Notes: a model not told the origin generated them from the sequence alone. A stretch of DNA of 64,000 nucleotides from Bacteroidota bacterium (GCA_005798825.1 SYIL01000035.1:12338-76337); one strand, 5' to 3'; shown: positions 31,252-41,732, counted from the stretch's first letter. Made by a program: numbers and translations.

Positions 31252-33066
31252 ATGAGAACAGGACAAATTTCAGTTCAATCGGAAAATATTTTTCCCATTA
31301 TTAAAAAATTCCTATACACTGATCAGGAAATATTTATTCGCGAGTTAATCAGCAATGCGGTCGATGCAACAAAAAAACTAACCACGCTATCCCGGGTTGG
31401 AGAATTTGAAGATAGTATAGAAAACTGCAAGATTGAAGTTTCGTTTGACGAAAAAGCAAAAACCCTTACGATTTCAGATTCGGGCATTGGAATGACCGAA
31501 GAAGAAGTAGAAAAATATATTACCCAGTTGGCTTTTTCAGGAGCCTCTGAGTTTGCCGAAAAATGGAAAGACAAAGAACCTGATCAGATGATCGGACATT
31601 TTGGTTTGGGATTTTATTCCGCCTTTATGGTTTCTAAACACGTCAGTATCGAAACAAAATCATTCCAAAAGGGTTCCACTGCTGTTCATTGGGATTGCGA
31701 TGGCGCTACCAGTTACAACATCGGAAAAGGAAAGCGAAAAAAACGCGGTACGGATGTTATCTTACAACTCAACGATGAAGATGCAGAAACGTATTTATCA
31801 AAATGGAAAATTCGTGAATTGCTTCGTAAATACTGCCGATTTCTTCCTGTGCCCATTGTATTTTATGATGAAGACATCAATAATACCCAACCCATTTGGA
31901 CAAAAAAACCCGCCGAGCTCAACCAAGAAGATTACAAAAAATTCTTCGAAGAACTCTATCCAATGCAAGAGGCGTCATTGTTTCACATTCATATCAATAC
32001 CGATTTCCCATTCAACCTCACGGGGGTTTTGTATTTCCCCAAGGTAACAGAAGCCATTGACAATCGCCAAAATCGGGTTCAATTATACTGCAATCAGGTT
32101 TTTGTAACCGAAGATGTTAAGGATGTATTGCCAGAGTATTTGGTACTGCTAAAAGGAGTAATTGATTCTCCTGATATTCCATTAAATGTGTCTCGAAGTG
32201 CACTTCAAAGTGATTCAAATGTCAAAAAAATTACCCAGCATATTAGCAAAAAAGTCAGTGATAAATTGACAGAATTGTTCAAGGATGACCGCGCAGATTT
32301 TGATTCAAAATGGGAATATCTCGATTTATTTGTGAAATATGGAATGGTTTCTGATGAAAAATTTTCTGAGCGGACAAAAGATATTTGCTTGGTAAAAACC
32401 ACCGAGGGTGGATTGCATACCATTCAAGAGTGGATAGACCATGCTAAAATCAATCAAACAGACAAAAACGCAGAAACAGTGGTATTATACACTACCGATA
32501 TGACCGTGCAACACATGAATATCAAAGCTGCTAAAGACAAAGGCTATGAAGTTATTGTGCTAAACGGTCCACTTGATACCCATTTTGCGGGTTGGGTTGA
32601 AGGAAAATTTGAAAAAGTCAAATTTCGCTGCGTGGACGGAGGACCGATGGACCAGTTGATTGAAAAAGAAATTAGCCTTGAATCGGCTTTAACAAGCGAA
32701 CAACAAAAATCTCTGGAAGACAGCGTGAAGATTGTTGTTAATGAATTGGCTTTTGAAATATCTGTTCGGTCTTTGCCACCACAAGACGATTTTATTTCTG
32801 TTCATAGAAGTGAATGGGAACGCCGAATGGAGGATATGGCAAAAATGGGACAGGGTTTCCCCTATGGTGACATGGGATTGAAAAAGCAAACAATGGTGGT
32901 AAATAGCAACCATGCTTTGGCGTCAAAAGTATTGTCTACAGAAGGCAACGATCGCAATGAATTGTTGCAATATTGCATGGATTTAGCCATGTTACAGCGT
33001 GGACAATTACAGGGTGAATCATTGGAGCGCTTCGTAAAAAAAGCCCAAGGATTTATTGGCACATAA
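31252..33066 (+). CDS. htpG: Molecular chaperone HtpG (Hsp90)
   Basis: The GHKL ATPase motifs are present (IRELISNAVDA, ISDSGIGMT, GHFGLGFYSAFMV). The length is 604 aa. Confidence 0.9.
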   Translation: MRTGQISVQSENIFPIIKKFLYTDQEIFIRELISNAVDATKKLTTLSRVGEFEDSIENCKIEVSFDEKAKTLTISDSGIGMTEEEVEKYITQLAFSGASEFAEKWKDKEPDQMIGHFGLGFYSAFMVSKHVSIETKSFQKGSTAVHWDCDGATSYNIGKGKRKKRGTDVILQLNDEDAETYLSKWKIRELLRKYCRFLPVPIVFYDEDINNTQPIWTKKPAELNQEDYKKFFEELYPMQEASLFHIHINTDFPFNLTGVLYFPKVTEAIDNRQNRVQLYCNQVFVTEDVKDVLPEYLVLLKGVIDSPDIPLNVSRSALQSDSNVKKITQHISKKVSDKLTELFKDDRADFDSKWEYLDLFVKYGMVSDEKFSERTKDICLVKTTEGGLHTIQEWIDHAKINQTDKNAETVVLYTTDMTVQHMNIKAAKDKGYEVIVLNGPLDTHFAGWVEGKFEKVKFRCVDGGPMDQLIEKEISLESALTSEQQKSLEDSVKIVVNELAFEISVRSLPPQDDFISVHRSEWERRMEDMAKMGQGFPYGDMGLKKQTMVVNSNHALASKVLSTEGNDRNELLQYCMDLAMLQRGQLQGESLERFVKKAQGFIGT

Positions 33067-33104
33067 ACCTTGGTTTGTCAATGTAAGGCTATCTTTAGAA
33101 AAAA

Positions 33105-33929
33105 ATGCAACGCTCCTACACGCTTTTGGGGATGACATGTGTCAGCTGTGAAGCCAAGATAAAATCGGCTCTACTTGCATTACCCAGTGTTGAAACAGTA
33201 TCTGTCTCTTTGCAAAATAAGAGCGTTGTCATAGCCATGAACAAAAGTATACCCCTACTTGATCTCCAAAATGCGATTGGACAAAACGGAAAATACACAA
33301 TATCAGCGGTCAAAACCCCTGCAGTGACCCCTGCATTTTCTGATTCAACAACAACTCCATTGTCCAAGACGCACAGTTTCATAATGGACACGCAAACAGC
33401 CGGTTGGGGTACTATATCCCCAGACGCTACTGAAAATTCAACCACAAGATGGTTCTCAACTTACAAGCCCCTGTTAATCATTTTTGCATTTATAACTGGT
33501 ATCTCTTTGCTCACGAGTTGGTCTGGAAATACGATACAATGGATGATTTTTATGCAGCATTTCATGGCAGGTTTTTTTATCGTGTTTTCTTTCTTTAAAC
33601 TCCTCAATATTCACTCTTTTGCTCAAACGTATGCAATGTATGATATCATCGCAAAAAAATTGCCAGGCTACGGATTTGTTTACCCTTTTATTGAGTTATT
33701 ACTTGGGATTGCATTTCTAATAAATTTCAATCCGCTAATCACAAATGCAACGACACTCGTAATTATGACACTTGGCCTTATTGGTGTTTTACAGAGCGTA
33801 CTCAACAAAGAAAAAATTCAATGTGCTTGTTTGGGAAATATTTTTAATCTCCCCATGAGCAATATTACCATTATTGAAGATGCCCTCATGATTGCCATGA
33901 GTGCTGGCATGCTTTATATTCTCTCATAA
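33105..33929 (+). CDS. Heavy-metal-associated (HMA) domain fused to a MauE/DoxX-like membrane domain
   Basis: The N-terminal GMTCVSCEAKIK is a CxxC metallochaperone motif. Four or five TM helices follow, with CAC near the C-terminus. Confidence 0.5.
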   Translation: MQRSYTLLGMTCVSCEAKIKSALLALPSVETVSVSLQNKSVVIAMNKSIPLLDLQNAIGQNGKYTISAVKTPAVTPAFSDSTTTPLSKTHSFIMDTQTAGWGTISPDATENSTTRWFSTYKPLLIIFAFITGISLLTSWSGNTIQWMIFMQHFMAGFFIVFSFFKLLNIHSFAQTYAMYDIIAKKLPGYGFVYPFIELLLGIAFLINFNPLITNATTLVIMTLGLIGVLQSVLNKEKIQCACLGNIFNLPMSNITIIEDALMIAMSAGMLYILS

Positions 33930-33956
33930 ATCAGAATATCATTCTGTGATTTTTTG
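33928..33956 (+). terminator. Candidate intrinsic terminator (imperfect hairpin followed by a T-run) between convergent genes
   Basis: aaatcagaat-atc-attctgtgatt is followed by ttttt. The stem is AT-rich and imperfect. Confidence 0.3.
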
Positions 33957-33991
33957 ATCTACTAAACTGTGCATGCTGAGAATGTATACAA

Positions 33992-36900
33992 TCAGTATAT
34001 GATTGTTCGCCACCCACCTAAAGGAGCTATATCTTCTTCCCCAACGGCATCTATAAAAAGTTGATAGGAATTTTCAAAAAAAAGATTGACTTTTTGGAGC
34101 ACTGATAGGGTTTCTCGTTGTGCCGTTTTAATTGCAAATTCACAATTTTCGGCCGGCATATCGTTTCCCTCAATGAGCCAATAGGCAGTCTGCAGACGAT
34201 CCATTAAACGAATTGTGGCTTCTTCGTAGGGCCGATAATCTTTGGGTAACATATAGCATAATTTTAGCATTGCAATGCTGTCTTTTAAAGGTTGCTGAAA
34301 ATTTCTCAAATGTGCGATTGCACTGTCATCCTGATATTTCGCAGCAAACACTTGTTCAATTTCTTTCTCGGCATTTTTAAGGTCTTCAAAAGAATTACGA
34401 GCCAACACAATACTCCTTTCAAGCGTGTCCATCAATTGTTTTTTTCGGGCATAGCCTTGGGCATTAAATGGCAAATTACCCGGTGCAACTACCTCCACCC
34501 AAGCCGAATCAGATATGCCTGTATTATTAACAATAAATACCTTGTATTTTCCGGGAATTACGGATTTGCCTGCAGGAATATCCTCATCGATTTTCGGGGT
34601 ATTGTGTGAGGGCCATAAAAATCCATCCTGAACCATTGGCCATGCAATGCGGTAAAACCCTGTGCTGTCAAAAGAAAATTTATGGGTGCGTATCAATTGA
34701 TTGTCTGCATTAAAAACCATTCCTGTGCAATCAATTTTCTTCCAATCTTGGCTGATTTCATCCTTCTTTCCGATAACATATAAATCGATTTGCACTCCAA
34801 AAGCTTTGTTTGGGGCGACCCAAGTTTCATCGGCAGAGAATCTTGATCCTACAGGTTCTGAAAAATGGACCAGTACCCCCTTGCTCGCATTCAAAATTTG
34901 TAATTTTTTCTCAGGGGTTTTTCCTGCTGCCAAATTTCGCAAGGTTGAAATATCGTCGAATACCCAAATCCCTCGTCCAAATGTTCCCAAAACCAAATCT
35001 CTCTCTCGTGCTTGAATTTTCATATCTGCCACTGGGACAGACGGAAATTTCTTCCATTTATTCCATGTTTCTCCCCCATTAATGCTCACCCAAAGTCCAT
35101 GATCCGTTCCCAAAAAAACCAAATTGGGTGATTCAGTATCTGGCAAAACACTCAAGACATACCCCTTTATATCATCTCCCCCCTCTTTGCTGGGTTTTTG
35201 AATACGATTGGATTTGGTATTTTTAGCACCTGAAGTCAAAAGGCTAGATTCATCCGAAACTATTCTTTTCCATGATTTTCCATAATCGAGTGTTTTATAG
35301 ACATAAGAAGACCAATCATTCTGTCTGTAATTATTCAATACAACCCAACACTCTGCTGAATGGGAAATTCCTTTACTGGATGGCCTAACCCAAAGATAGG
35401 GTACCCATGCATTTTGCGGTTTCCCGGGCATATTCAATGCTACATTTTCCCAATTTTTTCCCCCGTCTTTGCTTAACTGTACGTTGCCATCATCGGTTCC
35501 TACCCAAATAACATTTTTATCACCAGGGGATGGCGCAATGGCCAAAATTGTGCAATGATTTTCTGCCCCTGTTGCATCAATTGTTAATCCTCCGCTTCGG
35601 GCTTGGTGCTGTTTAGCCGTGTCGTTTGTGCTTAGGTCAGGAGAAATAATTTGCCATGTTTTGCCTTGGTCGGGGCTGTAATGCACATACTGACTGCCAT
35701 AAAATAGTCCATTGGGATTTTCTGGATCGATTGCCAAAGCTGCATTCCAATTAAATCTTAAAGGCTTGCCATTGGGATGTTGTGGTTTGATATACTGATT
35801 GCTATGCTCTCGCAAATTAAATTTACGGAGCTCCCCACCCTGCGACATTGCATATCCCTCATCTTTGGTTCCAGGAATCACTGCGACATCAAATCCATCC
35901 CCTCCATAAACCTCTTGCCACGCACTATTGCGAATGCCACCATAAATCCAATGATAGGCAGGTCCCATCCAACTTCCATTGTCTTGCAAACCCCCATACA
36001 CATTATACGGCTCTTGGTTGTCAACATCTACGTGGTAAAATTGGCCAACAGGAATATTCTCAGCATAGCGCCAGGTTTCACCTCCATCGTAGGAAATATT
36101 CAATCCTCCATCATTTCCATTGATAATATAATTGGGATCGTCAGGGTGAATAAAAAACGCATGGTGATCAGGATGAATATGGCCCCAATCTGCCAGTATA
36201 TCCCAATGTTTTCCGGCATCCTCACTTCGAGAAATTTGACTCCAAATACTGTATACACGGTTTTCATTGCGGGGATGAACATACAGCTCCGAATAATAAA
36301 AAGGGCGATTGCCCGCATTGGCCTCTGTACTTGTTTTGGACCAAGTGACCCCTCCATCATTGCTGGTATAAATCGCCGATTCTTTTGCTTCTACAATGGC
36401 ATATACCCGGTTGGGTTGCGATGCCGACACCGCCAATCCGATGCGTCCCAATTCTCCCTTGGGAAAGCCGTCTTTTTCTGTAACTTTTTTCCAGGACACT
36501 CCAGCATCCATCGTAATATACAAGCCGCTACCCGGTCCACCACTCCTGTAGGTCCATGGCTTGCGCATGTAATCATACATGGCAGCGTATACTTTTTGGG
36601 GATTTTCTGGATCAATCACCAATTCAGCACAACCAGTTGTGTTATTAACGAATAATATTTTGGTCCACGTCTCACCCCCATTATTGGATCGATATACTCC
36701 TCTTTCATCATTAGATCCCCAGATACTGCCCATTGCGGCGGCCCAAATTTGTTGGTTATTGTGGGGATTGATAATGATCCTGTGCACGGTTTTTGTTTCC
36801 TCTAGACCCATGCATTTCCATGTTTTACCTGCATCCATACTTCGGTAAATTCCTTTGCCACTGTTGTGGCTATTTCTGGGATTTCCCTCACCCGTTCCAA

Positions 36901-37450
36901 CCCAAACTATCGACGCATTGGAAGGATCTACAGCAACGGAACCAATGCTTTGCACATCCATATCATCAAAAATAGGTGCCCATGCTATACCCCCGTTCAA
37001 GCTCTTCCAAACCCCCCCACTGGCAGTACCTGCATAAATGATATTGCGGTTAATAGACCCCAATGCACCGTATCGAGGCATCGCAAGAGCGGTGATTCGA
37101 CCACTCATTGCAGCTGGGCCAATGTTTCGTTTGGGGATAAGCTCCATCAATTGAAACAAAGTTTGTTGCTTGTTTATATTCACCAAAATCGGTTCCTTAG
37201 ATTCAACCGTTTTCGACGAAGAAGCCAAATGCGTTTTTTGGGGGGATTTATTTTTATTAGTAGAATCCATCTTTCCCCATTGACCATCCGGTTGAGAGAA
37301 CAACGGTTGATTACTCAATATACCAAATAGACAAAATACACCCACCATAAAAACCTTATGACACCCATAATATAAATGACAAAACCGCACAAAATTGATT
37401 CTTGTGGTCGACCCCTTTATATCTTGAATCACTGTATAATTTATTCCCAT
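33992..37450 (-). CDS. Secreted BNR/Asp-box repeat protein (sortilin/VPS10-like or glycoside-hydrolase-like beta-propellers) with a C-terminal helical domain
   Basis: At least 9 Asp-box motifs (S-x-D-x-G-x-T-W) are present: SMDAGKTW, SNNGGETW, SNDGGVTW, SEDAGKHW, SYDGGETW, SPDQGKTW, SKDGGKNW, TLDYGKSW and SINGGETW. The signal peptide may begin at an internal Met (about 37348). Confidence 0.6.
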   Translation of the reverse strand: MGINYTVIQDIKGSTTRINFVRFCHLYYGCHKVFMVGVFCLFGILSNQPLFSQPDGQWGKMDSTNKNKSPQKTHLASSSKTVESKEPILVNINKQQTLFQLMELIPKRNIGPAAMSGRITALAMPRYGALGSINRNIIYAGTASGGVWKSLNGGIAWAPIFDDMDVQSIGSVAVDPSNASIVWVGTGEGNPRNSHNSGKGIYRSMDAGKTWKCMGLEETKTVHRIIINPHNNQQIWAAAMGSIWGSNDERGVYRSNNGGETWTKILFVNNTTGCAELVIDPENPQKVYAAMYDYMRKPWTYRSGGPGSGLYITMDAGVSWKKVTEKDGFPKGELGRIGLAVSASQPNRVYAIVEAKESAIYTSNDGGVTWSKTSTEANAGNRPFYYSELYVHPRNENRVYSIWSQISRSEDAGKHWDILADWGHIHPDHHAFFIHPDDPNYIINGNDGGLNISYDGGETWRYAENIPVGQFYHVDVDNQEPYNVYGGLQDNGSWMGPAYHWIYGGIRNSAWQEVYGGDGFDVAVIPGTKDEGYAMSQGGELRKFNLREHSNQYIKPQHPNGKPLRFNWNAALAIDPENPNGLFYGSQYVHYSPDQGKTWQIISPDLSTNDTAKQHQARSGGLTIDATGAENHCTILAIAPSPGDKNVIWVGTDDGNVQLSKDGGKNWENVALNMPGKPQNAWVPYLWVRPSSKGISHSAECWVVLNNYRQNDWSSYVYKTLDYGKSWKRIVSDESSLLTSGAKNTKSNRIQKPSKEGGDDIKGYVLSVLPDTESPNLVFLGTDHGLWVSINGGETWNKWKKFPSVPVADMKIQARERDLVLGTFGRGIWVFDDISTLRNLAAGKTPEKKLQILNASKGVLVHFSEPVGSRFSADETWVAPNKAFGVQIDLYVIGKKDEISQDWKKIDCTGMVFNADNQLIRTHKFSFDSTGFYRIAWPMVQDGFLWPSHNTPKIDEDIPAGKSVIPGKYKVFIVNNTGISDSAWVEVVAPGNLPFNAQGYARKKQLMDTLERSIVLARNSFEDLKNAEKEIEQVFAAKYQDDSAIAHLRNFQQPLKDSIAMLKLCYMLPKDYRPYEEATIRLMDRLQTAYWLIEGNDMPAENCEFAIKTAQRETLSVLQKVNLFFENSYQLFIDAVGEEDIAPLGGWRTIIY

Positions 37451-37636
37451 ATTTCGAAATTACGAGTTTTATTAAGCCCGAACAAATTGTATAGGTTGTT
37501 CGTTGGCCGTTAACAGAAATTAAGCAATATATTTACCCTGAATAAAACCGCATCCCACAGCAATCCATTCTGCACATTAACCTTCATAATAGGGTATTTT
37601 GGTCAAACAATACAAGCCAACAAATGTTAAGTTGAC

Positions 37637-37644
37637 TACCTTTG
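37637..37644 (+). promoter_or_regulatory. Candidate -7 element TACCTTTG upstream of the metallophosphoesterase gene
   Basis: The motif matches TAnnTTTG. It lies 22 nt before the ATG at 37667. Confidence 0.3.
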
Positions 37645-37666
37645 CAAACGCCAATAAAAAGAATAT

Positions 37667-38917
37667 ATGTTTAAAGGACAACTGATTGGATTCCTGTTTT
37701 TTTCACTTTTCTTTTTTGCAATGGATTGTTATGTTTGGCAAGGGGTAAAAACCTTGAGTTGTAATTGGTCAACTCGATCTAAAAACATCCTAAAATTTAT
37801 ATATTGGGGGTATGCAGTTGTTGTTTTCATTTTTTTTATGCTGTATCGTTTTCAATATATTGCCCTTGCTCCTCAAATAATAAAATTAATCTCCAGTATT
37901 GTTTTTGCGATAGTAATCGCCAAATTGTGCTGGATTTTTTTCTTGTTATTGGATGATATCATCCGTCTGTTTCGATGGATTTTTCAATTCTTTTTCTCTC
38001 CTATCGAAACTTCAATAGAAACAACTTCGGGAATTAGCAGACTTAAATTTCTCCATTACACTGGATTGGGCATTGGGCTTGCTTTTATTGGAACAGCAAT
38101 TTTGGGCATAGTGAAGGGTGCTCATAACTATACAATACACCGCAAAAAATTGCCCCTAACGGGTTTACCCGACGTATTTAAAGGACTTAAAATTGTACAA
38201 ATTTCCGATATCCATTCGGGAAGTTTTTGGGATAGAGGAGCGGTTGAACGTGGGGTGCAGTTGATACAGGACCAAAAAGCTGATATTGTTTTCTTTACGG
38301 GGGATTTGGTTAATGATCGCTCCGATGAAATTATTCCTTGGATGGATGTGTTTTCTAAAATACATGCTCCACTGGGGGTATTTAGTATTTTGGGTAACCA
38401 CGACTATGGCGATTATATAACATGGCCAAGCCCTGAAGCCAAAACAAAAAATCTCGATGATCTTATAGGGTATCACAAAAAATTGGGATGGGACATCCTT
38501 CTTGATGAACATAGGGTAATTGAAAAAGAAGGCGAAAAACTTTGTATCGTAGGCGTTCAAAATTGGAGCAATAAAGCAAGGTTTCCCAAATATGGAAACC
38601 TCGAAAAAGCCCTGTCATTGGCTCCCAAAAATACAGTTACATTGTTGCTAAGCCACGACCCTTCGCATTGGCGTGAAGAAGTATTGCGAAAGCAAGACAA
38701 TATCGCTGCAACCTTTTCCGGTCATACCCATGGTATGCAGTTTGGCATCGACACCAAATTTTATCGCTGGAGTCCTGTAAAGTTGATTTACAAAGAATGG
38801 ATAGATTTGTACACTGAAAATAATCAGCACCTTTATGTAAATCGTGGTTTTGGTTATTTGGGATATCCCGGACGCATGGGTATTTTTCCAGAGATTTCAG
38901 TATTTGAACTGACTTAA
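37667..38917 (+). CDS. Membrane-anchored metallophosphoesterase (calcineurin-like, YkuE-type)
   Basis: Roughly 5 N-terminal TM helices are followed by the phosphoesterase motifs (QISDIHSG, FTGDLV, LGNHDYG, GHTHG). Confidence 0.7.
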   Translation: MFKGQLIGFLFFSLFFFAMDCYVWQGVKTLSCNWSTRSKNILKFIYWGYAVVVFIFFMLYRFQYIALAPQIIKLISSIVFAIVIAKLCWIFFLLLDDIIRLFRWIFQFFFSPIETSIETTSGISRLKFLHYTGLGIGLAFIGTAILGIVKGAHNYTIHRKKLPLTGLPDVFKGLKIVQISDIHSGSFWDRGAVERGVQLIQDQKADIVFFTGDLVNDRSDEIIPWMDVFSKIHAPLGVFSILGNHDYGDYITWPSPEAKTKNLDDLIGYHKKLGWDILLDEHRVIEKEGEKLCIVGVQNWSNKARFPKYGNLEKALSLAPKNTVTLLLSHDPSHWREEVLRKQDNIAATFSGHTHGMQFGIDTKFYRWSPVKLIYKEWIDLYTENNQHLYVNRGFGYLGYPGRMGIFPEISVFELT

Positions 38918-39104
38918 TGATTGGCGATTTGCCATCATTGAGTCAAATTTCCACATTCCCACTGCTTAAAATGATAGTTCTACTATTTTTGTTTACTAGA
39001 AAATCAAATCACGGGCAGCATTTCCCTTCAACAAAACACCGTTAAGTTTCACTTTGTATACTTCCACCCCTTAATTCTCAGATAAAAAACAACAAATCCC
39101 ACTG

Positions 39105-40340
39105 ATGATACTAAAATCTATCACACTGCTTAAATCAAAAATTTATTTGTTATTTCTTCTCTTTTTCATCGGCGGAGTAAAACTGTCTTTTGCTCAACCT
39201 GAACTGAGTAGTTGGATACTAAATCCCGGAACAGCCAAAGGGTATGCGGGTATTCTGTCTAATGTTCAAAAGATTCAATACTCCAATAATTTTGTATATA
39301 TCACTGCGGCGTGTATCCCCGGTTATGATATTGGCCCTTGGAAGGGCAATCCGAATACGCCTGCAAATCAAAACTTTCAATTTAAAATCACGCGCAAACC
39401 AATCGTAAATTCAGGGAATCCAACCGCCGTTGGATTGGGTCATATTGGTGTTTTTAGCAACGGCGTAAGTATTTTTAACACATCAGATGCGCAAAGCTAT
39501 TTAAACCAAAAAGTGTGGAACAGAAATGCCTATTATTGGGAAGGGCCGGGTTTTGATACCTGTCTTGGCCATCCGGCGCAGAATGGAGAATACCACCACC
39601 ATGTTAGCCCAAAATGCTTATACAACCACAATGATTCAATCCACCATAGTCCAATCATTGGTTATGCATTTGACGGGTTTCCAATATATGGTGCTTTTGC
39701 GTATGCCAATACAAATGGCCAAGGAATTATCCGATTGATGCGCAGTAGCTTCAAGCTCAAATCCATGGTCACAAGAATCAATGGCCCTGCCATTGATCAA
39801 AGCTACCCTTTGGGATGTTATCTAGAGGATTATGAATTTGTAGATGGATCAGGAGATTTGGATAAACGCAATGGAAGATTCTGCATAACCCCAGATTACC
39901 CCAAAGGAACCTATTGCTATTTTGCAACCCTAGATCAAACGCTTGCTCCTTCTTTTCCTTACGTCCCATATACCAGTTATTATGGGGTGGTAAGCCCCGG
40001 AAACATTGGTCCGGGAAGCGGACACAACACCCCAACTGAAACCGTTATAACCTATACTGGTTCTACCTCAATTATAGAAAAACCTTATGAGACTCTGCTC
40101 CATATATGGCCTAATCCCAGTAATATGGGCTGGATCATTGCAGGATTGTCTGCGAAAACGCATTCAACGGTATTTTGCTCAATTTACAATCTCCAAGGAC
40201 AAAAGGTATACCATACAGTCATTAATGTTGATCCCCTGAATCCAAATATTCATATTCCTGTATTGCAGGTGGGTTTATACTGGATTGAGCTATGCGATGA
40301 AAAAGACCTTGTTTTTCGATCTAGAATTGTGGCAGAATAA
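39105..40340 (+). CDS. YHYH-family protein with a T9SS C-terminal sorting domain
   Basis: A signal peptide is present. The motif NGEYHHHVSP is present. The C-terminal domain (about 80 aa) begins WPNP, as in T9SS cargo. Confidence 0.5.
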   Translation: MILKSITLLKSKIYLLFLLFFIGGVKLSFAQPELSSWILNPGTAKGYAGILSNVQKIQYSNNFVYITAACIPGYDIGPWKGNPNTPANQNFQFKITRKPIVNSGNPTAVGLGHIGVFSNGVSIFNTSDAQSYLNQKVWNRNAYYWEGPGFDTCLGHPAQNGEYHHHVSPKCLYNHNDSIHHSPIIGYAFDGFPIYGAFAYANTNGQGIIRLMRSSFKLKSMVTRINGPAIDQSYPLGCYLEDYEFVDGSGDLDKRNGRFCITPDYPKGTYCYFATLDQTLAPSFPYVPYTSYYGVVSPGNIGPGSGHNTPTETVITYTGSTSIIEKPYETLLHIWPNPSNMGWIIAGLSAKTHSTVFCSIYNLQGQKVYHTVINVDPLNPNIHIPVLQVGLYWIELCDEKDLVFRSRIVAE

Positions 40341-40425
40341 ATGCGTTAAACGTGCTCGATAGAAAACTGTAAGTACGCGAAAAATGGGCCTGTGAAATTG
40401 GGTGTTTCTACACTGAATAATTAAA

Positions 40426-41595
40426 TCACTCTGCCCAAATCATTTTCTGGTGATATATTTTTCCTGTGCTTAGTTGACTTACCACATAGAATACCCCTGA
40501 AGTTTGTGGGATATACTCTTGGATATTACCCCTGAATAACTTCTTTCCATCAGCACTAAAAACCTGGCTTATTCCATCCATGAATATTGAGTTATGCAAA
40601 GATGTATTGTGTGATTTCCATTCCCATTGTTTTCCACTCCAATACAGATAGTCCTCTGCGCCAAAAGAAAATGTCTGCGGAACGATACTATTCATATTGG
40701 GCGTTAGGGACAAATCCATCGATAATCTTGACCAAACTGGATAATGGTCTGATGTATTGTAACGGTAACTGGCTATGTAACTGTCACCAACCATAACACC
40801 ACTTTGATTGGGTAAATAATTTTGCTTTATGGCTTTGGTTAAGCATATATGATCTATCATTTCTGCATAAGCAGCCGTGCTTTTTTGTTTTTCAAGACTC
40901 AATCGATAGCTCGGAAACAAGTAATTCGAATCATTGCGCCACACCAAAAAAGGGCTTTCTTTTCCAGAAACAATCGAAACATCCAGATCATCATTCCAAT
41001 CACCCATAATAAATCCTTTCAACCCCTTTTTGGAATCAGTATAGTTTTTGAGTTCTTCTGCGGCTTTTTGCCTTCGATTATATGCACTTAACTTTTCAGC
41101 GTTAGAACCCGTATTGGCTTTAAAATGAATAACCCAAAAGTATAAGGTATCTTTTTTCTTTCCCCATTGACTTTCCAATGCAACTTCCAATGGAAAACGA
41201 CCACCTGCAAATTCATAATCAAACGCCAATAATATTGATTTACTGTATAAGAGACGGAACATCGACTTGCGGTATAAAAGGGCTGTTTTTTGGGATTGGG
41301 CATAGGAGGTAATTACAGCACCATAGTCGGGTAATTTGTTTTGAAGCATTTGCCAATAACCCAAATTCGATATTTCGCAAAGTGAATAAATATCCATTTG
41401 CATTTCCAATAGAACATTGCTGGCATTTTTGAGTTGGACTGCCTCGTTATTCGGACCATTCAGGCTATCACCAAACCACTCAATATTCCACTGAGCGATA
41501 TCCAGGGTGGTATCAGATCCAATTTTAGGGACCTGTGCAAACAGTAGATTTACAAAAATACCCCAACCCATCAACAGCGAAAAAACCTTTCTCAC
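40426..41595 (-). CDS. Endonuclease/exonuclease/phosphatase (EEP) family protein, secreted, with a probable T9SS C-terminal domain
   Basis: A signal peptide is present. The EEP motifs are present (IAQWNIEWFG, GDWNDD, SDHYPV). The C-terminal region is beta-sandwich-like. The start is a GTG. Confidence 0.6.
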   Translation of the reverse strand: MRKVFSLLMGWGIFVNLLFAQVPKIGSDTTLDIAQWNIEWFGDSLNGPNNEAVQLKNASNVLLEMQMDIYSLCEISNLGYWQMLQNKLPDYGAVITSYAQSQKTALLYRKSMFRLLYSKSILLAFDYEFAGGRFPLEVALESQWGKKKDTLYFWVIHFKANTGSNAEKLSAYNRRQKAAEELKNYTDSKKGLKGFIMGDWNDDLDVSIVSGKESPFLVWRNDSNYLFPSYRLSLEKQKSTAAYAEMIDHICLTKAIKQNYLPNQSGVMVGDSYIASYRYNTSDHYPVWSRLSMDLSLTPNMNSIVPQTFSFGAEDYLYWSGKQWEWKSHNTSLHNSIFMDGISQVFSADGKKLFRGNIQEYIPQTSGVFYVVSQLSTGKIYHQKMIWAE

Positions 41596-41732
41596 AATGC
41601 AAAGATACCCGCTTTATCTTAAGGTCCGAAATTTGGATTGTGTCCCAAATTTTTAATGGATTGACCTCTTCCCAAACATACTTTGGTATAGGACTTTATG
41701 GTCGTAATTCTGATTCAGCAAATACAGTCTCG

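Noticed and set aside
35777-36655. 292-aa ORF on the plus strand, plus several other 60-150-aa ORFs antisense to large genes (for example 15751-16224, 20517-20864, 54504-55013)
   Set aside because: They lie entirely within well-supported long CDSs on the opposite strand. They are low-complexity and have no recognisable motifs, so they are probably spurious.
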